In this document: in pieces, positions 30,195-40,431 of the stretch
Position numbering within the stretch: the stretch's first letter is position 1
How the letters are laid out: the number at the start of each line of letters is the position of its first letter
Source: a bacterium
GTDB lineage: Bacteria; Cyanobacteriota; Vampirovibrionia; Gastranaerophilales; JBAXKC01
Direction of reading: 5' to 3'
NCBI GenBank assembly: GCA_037137535.1
Contig: JBAXKC010000001.1
Coordinates: 96,001-160,000, forward strand
DNA: 64,000 nt
Notes under the pieces: generated by a model
Seen by the model: only the letters and a program-made list of their open reading frames with translations
Databases searched by the model: none
Told to the model about the DNA's origin: nothing
Made by a program: the position numbers and the translations under genes

Positions 30195-30219
30195 TTATCA
30201 CTATATGATAACTTTATCA
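30195..30219. promoter_or_regulatory. Probable HigA operator
   Basis: Alternating TTATCA / TGATAA / TTATCA hexamers directly upstream of higB. Confidence 0.5.
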
Positions 30220-30331
30220 AGTCAAGGGAATTACCAATAAACATAATTATGAAAAATCGAATCTCTTTTTTAGCGTCTTATTGTTTATAGTTATACTGAT
30301 TACGAGTATAATTCTCATTCGGTAAGAACCC

Positions 30332-30363
30332 CAAAGGCAATGCGGAGCGGTTGGATTAATTAA
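30332..30363 (+). repeat. Direct repeat copy 3 (last 32 bp of the response-regulator gene)
   Basis: CAAAGGCAATGCGGAGCGGTTGGATTAATTAA. Confidence 0.88.
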
Positions 30364-30827
30364 CCGCAAAGCTGTCCGTATTTATTCCAGACTTTTGTTT
30401 CAAAAGAACCGTTAATGATTTTATCATTAATTTTCATAGAATAATGCCCTTTTACATGCCCTGTTTTATCAATTTGCTCAAATACAATCTCTGCTGTATC
30501 TGCTTTTGAGCCTACATCTTCTTTAGGGGAATAAACAGCTGTTCCTTCATTAGAATTTTTTGAATTAAACTTAAAAACAACAGGTTTAGATAGTTTTTTA
30601 GAATTAAAAACCTCTATATTTTTGAAAAAAGAAAATTCGATATAAGGAGAATAAGTATCTAAAGGATTGTCTTTTTCGCTGAATACAAGTGTAACAGCAG
30701 GACTATCCCAAGGCGAACATGTTTTATATATTGATGAATATGTGAAATTATTCTCCTCTGCTCTCGCCTTAAAGCAAGTTGTAACTATACAAAACATAAT
30801 TAACATTAAAGTAAAAAATCTTTTCAT
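30360..30827 (-). CDS. Exported hypothetical protein
   Basis: Signal peptide ending ARA; CSPWD...LCG; AAGGAG RBS. Confidence 0.7.
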   Translation of the reverse strand: MKRFFTLMLIMFCIVTTCFKARAEENNFTYSSIYKTCSPWDSPAVTLVFSEKDNPLDTYSPYIEFSFFKNIEVFNSKKLSKPVVFKFNSKNSNEGTAVYSPKEDVGSKADTAEIVFEQIDKTGHVKGHYSMKINDKIINGSFETKVWNKYGQLCG

Positions 30828-30842
30828 TTTAATCTCCTTTTT

Positions 30843-31199
30843 TCACGAATAAAATTGCATTCCAAGCTTCTTTAACACCATGATAAGTAAAAAGTATAAA
30901 CTTATCATAATTAATATAGAAAATAACATTGCAGGAATAAAATGTATTTTTAATTTCAATAATAAAGGCAATACAAGAAAAAAGACAAGCGAAGGCAGAA
31001 CAAGCCAAAAAACATTCAAAGACAATCCTGCAATCTTACTTGAATTTTTTGTTTCCGCATAAATCCAAATAAAAGATATTATTGAAACTATAGGTAATGA
31101 GACCAACGCCGATGCCACAAAAGTATTAATTTTAGACAGCTCTGATATAGAAACAATTAACAATGCAGAAATAATTAATTTTATACAATAATAAAACAT
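30843..31199 (-). CDS. DUF3147-like membrane protein
   Basis: ISELSK, LVSLPIVSIISFIW, VFWLVLPSL. Confidence 0.75.
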   Translation of the reverse strand: MFYYCIKLIISALLIVSISELSKINTFVASALVSLPIVSIISFIWIYAETKNSSKIAGLSLNVFWLVLPSLVFFLVLPLLLKLKIHFIPAMLFSILIMISLYFLLIMVLKKLGMQFYS

Positions 31200-31202
31200 A
31201 AA

Positions 31203-32165
31203 CTAATTAAATCTTACCAAATCCTTTAAAATTCCTTTTGTTTGAGGATTAAAAGAATTAAGGGAATCATCAAAATTAAAAATATTAGAAATCAAAGGTT
31301 TAATATCAATCATTCCTAAGGCCAACGCTCTCAAAGCTGGCTTAAAATCACCGCATCTTGAGCCGTAAAGCACTATTTCATCTATTACAATCGGAGCAAG
31401 GTTTAAAGGTTTGTCATCTGCAACTGTGCTTTTTAAAACAAACTTTCCTCTTGGTTTAAGCAGGCTTAAAGCTGTTTCAAAGCCACTTACAGAACCTGTT
31501 GCATCAACTACAACATCAAAAGATTTATCAGCCTTAATTTCCGATAATTTTGCAATTTTCAAACCTTGTTTTTTTGCGATTTCAAGCTTTGAGTCATGTT
31601 TGCCTATAACAATAACCTCTGCCATAGTCAATTTCAGCGCAAATGCAATTAACAAGCCTAATTTTCCATCTCCAAGAACTGCAACCTTTTCAGTTGGCTT
31701 AATATGAACTTGATCAGTTATTTCAAAAGCAGCAGCAAGCGGTTCTACAAAGACTGCCTCTTCGTCAGAAACATTATCAGGAACTTCTAAAAGATTGTTT
31801 AAAGGCAAAGTCAAATAATCTGCAAAACAGCCTTCTCTTATTAATATACCCAGTACATCCCTATTCATGCAATGAATCTGTTCTTTTTTTAGACAAAATT
31901 CGCAGACATTACATCCACAATTTATTTCCCCTACAACTCTTTTACCAAGAAGGCTTTTATCTTCTGAATTTACTTCTTCGACTATACCGACAAACTCATG
32001 CCCTAAAATACCATTAAAGCCCATGTAACCTTTGGCAATTTCAAAATCTGTATTGCAGACTCCGGCAATTAACACTTTCACCAGAGCTTCTCCAACTTTC
32101 AATTCAGGATTTTTATATTCATAGTTAAGTTTTACGTCTTGTCCGTCAAATTCAATTGCTCTCAT
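31203..32165 (-). CDS. Zinc-dependent MDR alcohol dehydrogenase
   Basis: GVCNTD, LGHEFVG, CxxCxxC, GDGKLG. Confidence 0.9.
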   Translation of the reverse strand: MRAIEFDGQDVKLNYEYKNPELKVGEALVKVLIAGVCNTDFEIAKGYMGFNGILGHEFVGIVEEVNSEDKSLLGKRVVGEINCGCNVCEFCLKKEQIHCMNRDVLGILIREGCFADYLTLPLNNLLEVPDNVSDEEAVFVEPLAAAFEITDQVHIKPTEKVAVLGDGKLGLLIAFALKLTMAEVIVIGKHDSKLEIAKKQGLKIAKLSEIKADKSFDVVVDATGSVSGFETALSLLKPRGKFVLKSTVADDKPLNLAPIVIDEIVLYGSRCGDFKPALRALALGMIDIKPLISNIFNFDDSLNSFNPQTKGILKDLVRFN

Positions 32166-32869
32166 TATTTTTCCACCTTTGCAACCTGCTGAGCCATACT
32201 TTCAAAAATATAATTATAATTTTTAATCTCTGAATATCCTAATTCTTTTAATATTTTTACCATTTTATGCTGTGAAGGATAATCTGCGGCAGAATCAGAG
32301 AGATAATTATAAGGAGAATACTGTTTGTTTTTTATAAAAAATCCCGCTATTAAAGGCATTATACGACTAAAATAACAGTTAAAAAAAGGCATTAATATGA
32401 CATTAGGTTTTCCAACATCTAATATCGACAAAATACCATTATTTTTTAAAACCCTTTTAATCTCGATTAATCCTTTTTCAATACTTTCAAGGTTTCTAAG
32501 TCCGAAACTTATAAATACAGCATCAAAACTGTTATCTTCAAACGGCAAATTTAGTGCATCCGCTTGAATAAACTCTATATTATTATTTTTAATTCTTTTT
32601 TTTGCAATATTCAACATATTTTCAGAATAATCAACAGCTTTAATTCCTGAAAAAGGATATTTCTTGGCCAAAATCATAGAAATATCACCTGTTCCCGCAC
32701 ACAAATCAAGAATATCAGCATTTTCTGAAAGTTTAACCTGTTCTACCGCTTTTATTTTAATAAATTTATGTTGTCCAAAACTAATAACATAATTTAAAAA
32801 ATCATATTGCGAAGCAATAGAATTAAACATTTCCTTAACAAATACAGATTTAGGTTTATTCAAAAACAA
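32165..32869 (-). CDS. menG: UbiE/MenG quinone C-methyltransferase
   Basis: MFNSIASQYDFLN, LDLCAGTGD, DALNLPFEDNSFD, FGLRN. Confidence 0.88.
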   Translation of the reverse strand: MFLNKPKSVFVKEMFNSIASQYDFLNYVISFGQHKFIKIKAVEQVKLSENADILDLCAGTGDISMILAKKYPFSGIKAVDYSENMLNIAKKRIKNNNIEFIQADALNLPFEDNSFDAVFISFGLRNLESIEKGLIEIKRVLKNNGILSILDVGKPNVILMPFFNCYFSRIMPLIAGFFIKNKQYSPYNYLSDSAADYPSQHKMVKILKELGYSEIKNYNYIFESMAQQVAKVEK

Positions 32870-32921
32870 GACGGTTTTCTCACATTTCTGATATTATAAA
32901 ATTAAGCATATAATAAAATTG

Positions 32922-33288
32922 TAATACAAAAGCAAGTAGCATAGATGATCGCGGATGCATTTGCATCTGAGGAAAGTCCGGGCACCATAGGGCAGACCGC
33001 CGGATAACTCCCGGTACAGGCGACTGTGAGGATAGTGCCACAGAAATGATAACCGCCGATGACGCTAAATTTTAGCGAACAGGTAAGGGTGCAACGGTGG
33101 TGTAAGAGACCACCGGGGATGTTGAGAAACATCTGCCAGGTAAACCCCGGTCGGTGCAAGGTTAAATTGAGAATAAAAGACGGCCCGTTATTTCTCAGGT
33201 AAACCGCTAGAAGTGTTTGGAAACAACCACTCCAGATAGATGATCATTGATACAGAACCCGGCTTATTGGCTACTTGCTTTTGTATTA
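32922..33288 (+). ncRNA. rnpB: RNase P RNA (bacterial type A)
   Basis: GAGGAAAGTCCGGGC, AGTGCCACAGAAA, GGTAAACCCC and ACAGAACCCGGCTTA conserved boxes; complementary ends; TATAAT at 32909-32914. Confidence 0.97.
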
Positions 33289-33310
33289 AGACAATTACGG
33301 AAATAATTGT

Positions 33311-33673
33311 ATGTTTAAAATGTCACAAAGTGAATTTTTTGAAGTCGGATCAATTTTTGCAGTCTTTTCCTTAGCTTTTTATACACTTATTCCATATATT
33401 TTAAATTTAAATTTAATTTTTATACCTTTTCATTTTTATAAACTTGTAAGCGGCCTATTTTTAATTGCTACAATGTTTTTTTATATTAACAGCCTAAGTT
33501 TTGCCGCAAAACAAATTAAATTTTTTGGAATTATCTTCTTTTTGTTTGGATTATTTCAAATCTGTTTTGCTACAGCTATATCGGGGCTAAGTTTAGTTGA
33601 AAAAATAATACCTCTATTAATCGGTCTTTTTCTTTTTTTTATCAACAAAATATTCAAAATTTGTACAAATTAA
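33311..33673 (+). CDS. Hypothetical membrane protein
   Basis: Four hydrophobic stretches; no recognised motif. Confidence 0.5.
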   Translation: MFKMSQSEFFEVGSIFAVFSLAFYTLIPYILNLNLIFIPFHFYKLVSGLFLIATMFFYINSLSFAAKQIKFFGIIFFLFGLFQICFATAISGLSLVEKIIPLLIGLFLFFINKIFKICTN

Positions 33674-33737
33674 CTAAAAGTATTATTTGAAATCATCAAA
33701 AAACCTACTATTAGTTAATCAAGTTCTATACCTCCAG

Positions 33738-34751
33738 TTATGTATTAAAAGCTGGATATATATTTCCATTATACTTACTGGGTTTATATGGTTGATTTAT
33801 TTTGAACTGTTTGTAGGCTTTATCATTTATTATTTCTTTCTCTCCATCAAAACACCACAGATAAATAAAGTTATTCTTTTTGAGTAAAGAATACCATTTC
33901 TTAACTGTAGGATAGTACTTTGAATTTTTATTTTTTACAAGAAATGTCTCATAGCTTTTTTTGAGTTCAGGGACTATTTCACCTTTCTCACTGTAACTAT
34001 ATTTCGGAAATATATAAGAATTAAAATAGTCACTGATTTTAGCTTTTAATTCATTGATTTCTGGGAAACTGGGATATTTATTAATAAAATTTTCCCATAA
34101 TATAATTTGTTTTCTTAGTTTATCATCAGCACCTGGCTCATCTTCTGAATAGCCATAACCTAATTGATTTTGCTCAATTAATCTCAATTTTAAAAATTCT
34201 TGCCACATTGGACTTAAATAGCTAGAAAAGTTCTTTTTTAAAAAATCCGCATCGTCATACAAACTAAAACTTGCTTCATAAAGCCAAACATTATACCCTT
34301 TGGCCTTATAGAATTTATATACATCACTATCTATATCTTGTTGCTTATCTGTATCATAATCCTTGGGCTTATACTTATTTGAATACTTGAAATATATATC
34401 TAAAGTATTTTCTCCATCAAGTATACGGCAGGTTTTAAAATAAAAATCCCTGTAGCATTTAAATGCCATATCTTTATATTTTTGCTCTTGAGTATTCGAG
34501 AAAAATTTTAAATATTTATCTTTAGCATTGATTACTGAATTTGGATTATCCACTGGCAGTTTAGCAATATATTGCTTGTATTTAACCAACTTTTCATAAC
34601 CATTTACTGAATTTATAACCTGAATATTATTTTTGTTTGATGTTAATACTTCTGAGAGAACATAATCAGCATGCTTATTACATAGAGAAGGATTTAAAGA
34701 TGCTGCTATAGCTAAAATAACTAATAATAAAGAGTTTCTTTTCAAAATCAA
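33738..34751 (-). CDS. Exported hypothetical protein
   Basis: 337-aa ORF with a signal-like N-terminus; AAGGAAGG RBS before TTG. Confidence 0.7.
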   Translation of the reverse strand: MILKRNSLLLVILAIAASLNPSLCNKHADYVLSEVLTSNKNNIQVINSVNGYEKLVKYKQYIAKLPVDNPNSVINAKDKYLKFFSNTQEQKYKDMAFKCYRDFYFKTCRILDGENTLDIYFKYSNKYKPKDYDTDKQQDIDSDVYKFYKAKGYNVWLYEASFSLYDDADFLKKNFSSYLSPMWQEFLKLRLIEQNQLGYGYSEDEPGADDKLRKQIILWENFINKYPSFPEINELKAKISDYFNSYIFPKYSYSEKGEIVPELKKSYETFLVKNKNSKYYPTVKKWYSLLKKNNFIYLWCFDGEKEIINDKAYKQFKINQPYKPSKYNGNIYPAFNT

Positions 34752-34920
34752 CCTTCCTTACTTATGAATATTAAACATTTATAACAAAAATATTATAAAT
34801 GCATTTGCAACTCAATGATTTAAAATGGCTTAATGATAAGTCCTTTGCTATTTGAAGTTAATAATAATATAATTAAAAAAATAATAGTCATAACAGACTG
34901 ATGAAATAAGGATTTTACTT

Positions 34921-36231
34921 ATGCCTTCGACCGATAAACATTTAACAAGCCATAAATCATTAGTAATTAATACTTTATGGAGTTTCATAGCACAGGGACT
35001 ACCTATGCTTGTTGCTGTATTTACAATTCCTTTTATAATTAAAGGCTTTGGTACGGCACGTTTTAGTATTTTAACCTTAGTTTGGGCGATTATAGGTTAT
35101 TCCAGTCTTTTTGACTTTGGACTCGGAAGAGCTTTAACTCAACTGGTTTCAAAGAAAATAGGTCAGTCTGACACAGAAGATATGCCTATAGTGATTTGGA
35201 CAGCTTTAATCGTTATAAATATTTTAGGGGCAATCGGCTCGGCTATTGTCTTCTTTTTAAGCCCTTATATCGTTACTCATTTATTAAAAGTACCTCATGA
35301 CTATATTAAAGAAACTACTTATTCTATGTGGTATCTTGCCGCGTCTCTTCCTTTATTGATAAATATTGTCTGTTTAAAAGGGATATTAGAAGCTTATCAA
35401 AAATTTAAAACATTAAGTTTTCTTAGATTACCTGTAGTGATTTTTAACTATATAGGTCCTTTAGCAGTTTTACCTTTTACTCATGACCTGTCGGTAACAG
35501 TTGCAATGCTTGTTGTTGGAAGATTTATAACCTTTATTTTCCATGTAATTGCCTGCGGCTCTTTAATAAAAGGATTATTTAAAAAGATTGCTTTTGATAA
35601 AAGCTATATAAAACCATTAATGAGCTTTGGAAGCTGGATAACGGTTAGTAATATAATTAATCCAATAATGGTTTATATGGATAGATTTTTTATTGCTAAT
35701 ATTATATCTGCGGTTGTCGTTGCATATTATGTAACTCCTCATGAAGTTATTAACAAACTTTGGACGATCTCCGCATCAATTAACGGTGTTATTTTCCCCG
35801 CTTTAACTACAGAATATTACAGGGACATTAAAAAAGCCGAAGATATTTACCATAAAGCACTTAAATACTCTTCGATTATAATGCTCATACCTGTTTTAAT
35901 AATTTTCTTCTTTGCAAAAATCGGATTAACTTTATGGATTAATGCAGAATTTGCGGAAAAAAGTTACAGAATAGCACAAGTACTGGCTATCGGGACATTT
36001 ATCTATTCAATAAATCAAATATCTTATAGTCTGGTACAATCCACAGGTCGATCTGACATTACCGCTAAGTTACATATGATTGAAGTTCCTATTTACCTGT
36101 TCGCATTATGGACTTTCATTAAACACTTCGGACTTGTCGGAGCGGCTTATGCATGGGTTCTCAGAATTTTTATAGACTCCGTATTACTTTTTATAATTGC
36201 TCATCTGTTGATTAAGGATAAAAAACAATGA
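34921..36231 (+). CDS. wzx: Wzx-type polysaccharide flippase
   Basis: NTLWSF, FDFGLGRAL, YMDRFFI; about 12 TM helices. Confidence 0.9.
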   Translation: MPSTDKHLTSHKSLVINTLWSFIAQGLPMLVAVFTIPFIIKGFGTARFSILTLVWAIIGYSSLFDFGLGRALTQLVSKKIGQSDTEDMPIVIWTALIVINILGAIGSAIVFFLSPYIVTHLLKVPHDYIKETTYSMWYLAASLPLLINIVCLKGILEAYQKFKTLSFLRLPVVIFNYIGPLAVLPFTHDLSVTVAMLVVGRFITFIFHVIACGSLIKGLFKKIAFDKSYIKPLMSFGSWITVSNIINPIMVYMDRFFIANIISAVVVAYYVTPHEVINKLWTISASINGVIFPALTTEYYRDIKKAEDIYHKALKYSSIIMLIPVLIIFFFAKIGLTLWINAEFAEKSYRIAQVLAIGTFIYSINQISYSLVQSTGRSDITAKLHMIEVPIYLFALWTFIKHFGLVGAAYAWVLRIFIDSVLLFIIAHLLIKDKKQ

Positions 36232-36686
36232 AAAAAAAGTTCCGAATACTAATGGCTTCTCTTTTTATAGTGGCTATCGTAATAATAAGTCTTCTTTTTC
36301 TTTTAGCTGATAATTGGAATGTTTTATTTAATACTCAAAGTTTAAAAGAGATGGAAAAACAACATTTTGGTGGCATTCTTATTAATAACACGACCAAAAC
36401 TATTGAAATAACTGATAATAATGCGATAAGAAAAATAACTGCCGGCTCAAAATCAAGAGATCAAGGAATATTTGATGTAGACAGTGTTATTATAAATAAA
36501 CCAACAAAATTTGAAGGTGAAATTTATACGCATGGTGTAGTAAAATTTTGTGATTTTTCCAGTATTACAGTTATTACTAAAGGGAAGATTAATGAGTTAA
36601 AACCATCCTTTTCATATAACTTATGCCATCTTTTTGAAGAAGTAGGCTGGAAAAGCCGAGTAGGTGACGGATATGTTAAAATGTAA
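36228..36686 (+). CDS. Hypothetical membrane-anchored protein
   Basis: N-terminal TM; ATGA overlap with the wzx stop. Confidence 0.65.
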   Translation: MKKKFRILMASLFIVAIVIISLLFLLADNWNVLFNTQSLKEMEKQHFGGILINNTTKTIEITDNNAIRKITAGSKSRDQGIFDVDSVIINKPTKFEGEIYTHGVVKFCDFSSITVITKGKINELKPSFSYNLCHLFEEVGWKSRVGDGYVKM

Positions 36687-36713
36687 TTTAGCCGGTTAAA
36701 AGAAAAAATCCAA

Positions 36714-37967
36714 ATGAAAATACTTTTTATTAATAATTTTTTTAGCGAATATGGCGGAACTGAAACTGTTATGTACGAACAAGCAGTTAAACTTAGAGAA
36801 AAAGGCCATGAAGTTTTATTTTTTGCGACTGACAAAAAACCTTTTCTTGAAAAAGAGTATGAATTTTCATCATATTTCCCTAAATTTACAAATTATCGAT
36901 CAAAAAAAGTGTTATTAAATATATTCAATATTATTAAACCTTTTTATAATTTTGAAGCACAAAGAAAACTAAATAAATTTTTAAAAGTAACAAAACCCGA
37001 TGTTATTCATTGTCATAATATTTATTACCATTTAACTCCTTCAATATTAAAAGTCTGTAAAAAAAACAATATTCCTGTTGTTATGACAATAAATGATACA
37101 AGACTTATATGCCCTGCGGGAACGCTACTTCAGGAAGGTAAAATATATTGTGATGAGGAGCTATGCAGCTCTTACAAAAATCCATTTTACTGTGTATTGT
37201 ACGAATGCAAAAATGGGAAGTTCTTACAGAGTTTAATAGTCGCCGTTGAAGCTTATTTTGTTAAAAAATTCAAATTTTATAATGCGGTTTCTGCTTTTGT
37301 CTGTCCCTCTATGGCCTTATTGGAACTGGCAAAAAGATCAGGATTTGAAAAGAAAAAACTTCGATTATTACATAATTTCATTCCCGATTCCTATATTTTA
37401 AATAAGCATATTTATACTCAACAAGATTATTTTCTTTATGCAGGACGAATATCTGAAGAAAAAGGGGTTAATGACTTAATCCTTGCATTTGAAAAACTGC
37501 CTGATATTCCATTAAGAATAGCTGGTTCAGGCCCTGAAGAAATAGAGTTAAGGCTATATTGCGAACAAAAACAATTAAAGAATATTCAATTTATTGGAAG
37601 TTTAAACAAAGAAGAATTAACAGAGCAATATCAGAACTGTATAGCACTACTTCAGCCTTCAGTCTGGTTTGAGACTTTTGGAATGAGCATACTAGAGGCA
37701 TTTGCCTGCGGAAAACCCGTTATTGCAAATGACAGAGGAGCAATTTCAGAATTAGTAGAAAGAAGAGTCACAGGTTTATTATTACATTCTCATAATACTG
37801 ACTTATTAGAACAATATATAAGATTATTATGGAATGATAAAGAATTTGCCCGACAAATGGGCAGAAACGCAAGAAAAAAAGCAGAAAATTACAGTAGCGA
37901 AAATCATATTAATAATCTTTTGGAAATTTATGAATCAGTAATAAAAGCGGAAACTTTTTTCAATTAA
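36714..37967 (+). CDS. Glycosyltransferase family 4
   Basis: YGGTE, YAGRISEEKG, PSVWFETFGMSILEAFACGKPVI. Confidence 0.93.
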   Translation: MKILFINNFFSEYGGTETVMYEQAVKLREKGHEVLFFATDKKPFLEKEYEFSSYFPKFTNYRSKKVLLNIFNIIKPFYNFEAQRKLNKFLKVTKPDVIHCHNIYYHLTPSILKVCKKNNIPVVMTINDTRLICPAGTLLQEGKIYCDEELCSSYKNPFYCVLYECKNGKFLQSLIVAVEAYFVKKFKFYNAVSAFVCPSMALLELAKRSGFEKKKLRLLHNFIPDSYILNKHIYTQQDYFLYAGRISEEKGVNDLILAFEKLPDIPLRIAGSGPEEIELRLYCEQKQLKNIQFIGSLNKEELTEQYQNCIALLQPSVWFETFGMSILEAFACGKPVIANDRGAISELVERRVTGLLLHSHNTDLLEQYIRLLWNDKEFARQMGRNARKKAENYSSENHINNLLEIYESVIKAETFFN

Positions 37968-38094
37968 TGTAATCTATCACCCAGTTGTGATTAAAGCATT
38001 CTGAAGTTTTGCTCAAAATGTGGAAAGTCACTAAATTATTGATATATCTAACTACGTGAATATACTATAAATTTCAACTTGGAGATAAAAATTA

Positions 38095-39248
38095 ATGAAA
38101 AAAATAATAAGTTTATTGTTAATAACATTATTATTGAGCTTTTCGATCTCAGGATGCAGTCTTGCTAAACAATTATATAAATGCGAAGGAAAAATGAAAA
38201 TTGAAAGAGCAGATCATACCGCAACTCTTTTAAAAGATGGTCGAATACTTATAACTGGAGGAAAAAATCATAATGAAGCTGATCGCTACCCTGCTTCGGC
38301 TGAAATATTTGACCCAGTTACTCTAAAATCACACAAAACAGGCAAAAGGAATGTCTCTAGAATGTTCGCCTCAGCTGTCTTATTGAATGATGGCAGAGTT
38401 CTTATAACTGGAGGTATGAATTTTTTAAATCTGAAACAAAATTACACGGTGTTTTAAGTGCAGAAATATTTGATCCAAAAACTGAGACTTTTAGCCTAAC
38501 AAAGAACAAAATGAATGAAGTTAATTTTGACCATACATCCATTGTCTTAAGAGATGGAAGAGTGTTAGTTATAGCAGGTGCACAGTGCGATGTAATAGAA
38601 ATCTATGATCCTAAAACAGAAACTTTTAAGACGGTGAAATATAGGTATCGTCGACAAGATGCAGCTGCTTCTATTATGCAAGATGGAAAAGTATTAATAA
38701 GCGGTGGAAATGATGAAATATATAATAAAATTTTAAAACAACGAGAACGATTTACTGATACAGAAATATTTGATCCTAAAACTGATGAGCTGAAGCCTGC
38801 TGCCAAGATGAATTATTATAAATATGTTTCAAAATCTATTTTACTTAATGACGGTAGAGTTTTTATTGAAGGTTATTCTATGGCAGAAATCTATGATCCT
38901 GTAAAAGATAAATTTGATTATATAGATAACAAAATAGAAGAAATAACTGATAAATATATCGATATCTTTAAACTTAAAGATGGAAAAGTATTAATGATAG
39001 GTGATATCGGTGGATACGGACCACATACGGATTTTAATAAAACTTTCGGAATTTTTGATCCTGAAACTAATACAGTAATACTTTACAAAGATAAAATTAA
39101 AATGCCATTCAACGGAAATTATGCAGCTGTTTTATTAAATGACGGAGAAACTCTTGCTGTAATAGGTGGATACAATGAAGCCTGCCATGTCCTTAAAACT
39201 ATTAGTTTATATAACATTTACAAAATTATTAATAATATACAAGAATAA
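38095..39248 (+). pseudogene. Kelch-repeat beta-propeller lipoprotein split by a -1 frameshift at the T6 run 38421-38426
   Basis: ORFs 38095-38457 and 38511-39248 both carry HTATLLKDGRILITGG / AEIFDP repeats. Adding one T gives continuous ...GGMNFFKSETKLHGVLSAEIFDPK. Lipobox ISGC. Confidence 0.8.
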
Positions 39249-39285
39249 TTGATTTTTAAATACAAAATTTTCAGATTTTACAACT

Positions 39286-39318
39286 AAAAAGACAGGATTT
39301 CTAAAACCCTGTCTTTTT
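39286..39318. terminator. Bidirectional terminator after rpsA and the kelch gene
   Basis: AAAAAGACAGG / CCTGTCTTTTT. Confidence 0.8.
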
Positions 39319-39333
39319 ATTATTTATGATTAA

Positions 39334-40428
39334 TTAACCTTGAGGTGCGTCAACTGGCTTTTTAAGTTCTTTAATGCTAAGACCGATTCTATGCTCTTGA
39401 GGAGTGAATCTTTTGATAAGAACTTCGATATCTTGACCAACGGTTAAGATTTCAAACGGGTTGATTTGCTCATCAGCCATTTCCGCTGCAGGAAGTAATG
39501 CTTCTACTCCAGGGAAAATGTCAATAAATGCACCAAAAGAAGTGATTTTATTAACAACACCTTTAATTACTTGACCTTCTTGGAATTGTCCTTCGATTTT
39601 CACCCATGGATTTTCTTCCATTCTCTTGAGTGAAAGACTGATTCTGTTAAGTTCGAAATCGATTTTAAGAACTTTAACATCAATTTTTTGACCAAGTGTA
39701 AGAATATCTGAAGGGTGTTTAACTCTTTGCCATGAAATTTCGGAGATAGGAAGAAGTCCATCAACTCCGTTAATATCAATAAATGCACCGAAGTCAGCAA
39801 TTCTAACAACTTCACCTGAAACAACTTCATCAACTGTAAGTTTTGAAATTACTTCAACAACAAGTTTTTCTCTCTCTTCAGCAAGAGCTTGTCTTTGACT
39901 TAAGATAAGTTTATTTCTTTTTGGATCAGCTTCAAGAACTTTAACAGTAATTTCTTGTCCGATTAAACCTTCATAAGGAGTTCCTGTTCTAAGTTGACTA
40001 GCAGGAACAAATCCTCTTAAACCAAGAATTTCAACAACTACGCCACCTTTAACAAGTGAAATAATTTTTGATGTGATAGTATCTTCGTTTTGTCTGTGCT
40101 CATCAAGTTGAGACCAGCTTCTAGCAAGAGAAACTCTTTTTAAGGAAAGAGTAATTTGTCCTTCTTCATCTTCATCTCTTAAAATGTAGAATTCTTTTGA
40201 TTCACCTAAAGTAATAATACTTTCAGGACTTTGGAAAGGAACATTTGAAAGTTCTTTTAAAGGTACAATAGCTTCTGTTTTACTTCCTATATCAACAAGA
40301 ACACCTGTTTTTTCAATTTTAACAACAGTTCCCATTACAACTTCAGCTACTTTGAAGTTATATCCATAAGATTCGTTTAAAAGGCGTTCAAAATCATTAA
40401 CTTCTAATTCTTGTACTGCTTGTGCCAC
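39334..40428 (-). CDS. rpsA: 30S ribosomal protein S1 (4 S1 domains)
   Basis: LRGFVPASQL, DFGAFIDI, RISLSLK, FGAFIDI; GTG start with AGGAG RBS. Confidence 0.93.
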   Translation of the reverse strand: MAQAVQELEVNDFERLLNESYGYNFKVAEVVMGTVVKIEKTGVLVDIGSKTEAIVPLKELSNVPFQSPESIITLGESKEFYILRDEDEEGQITLSLKRVSLARSWSQLDEHRQNEDTITSKIISLVKGGVVVEILGLRGFVPASQLRTGTPYEGLIGQEITVKVLEADPKRNKLILSQRQALAEEREKLVVEVISKLTVDEVVSGEVVRIADFGAFIDINGVDGLLPISEISWQRVKHPSDILTLGQKIDVKVLKIDFELNRISLSLKRMEENPWVKIEGQFQEGQVIKGVVNKITSFGAFIDIFPGVEALLPAAEMADEQINPFEILTVGQDIEVLIKRFTPQEHRIGLSIKELKKPVDAPQG

Positions 40429-40431
40429 AGT

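Noticed and set aside
28921-30363. Integron attC array or CRISPR array
   Set aside because: The repeats are coding-sequence copies of unequal length, with no RYYYAAC/GTTRRRY hairpin, no regular spacers and no intI or cas gene in the window.
32902-33159. 85-aa minus-strand ORF
   Set aside because: Antisense shadow of the RNase P RNA.
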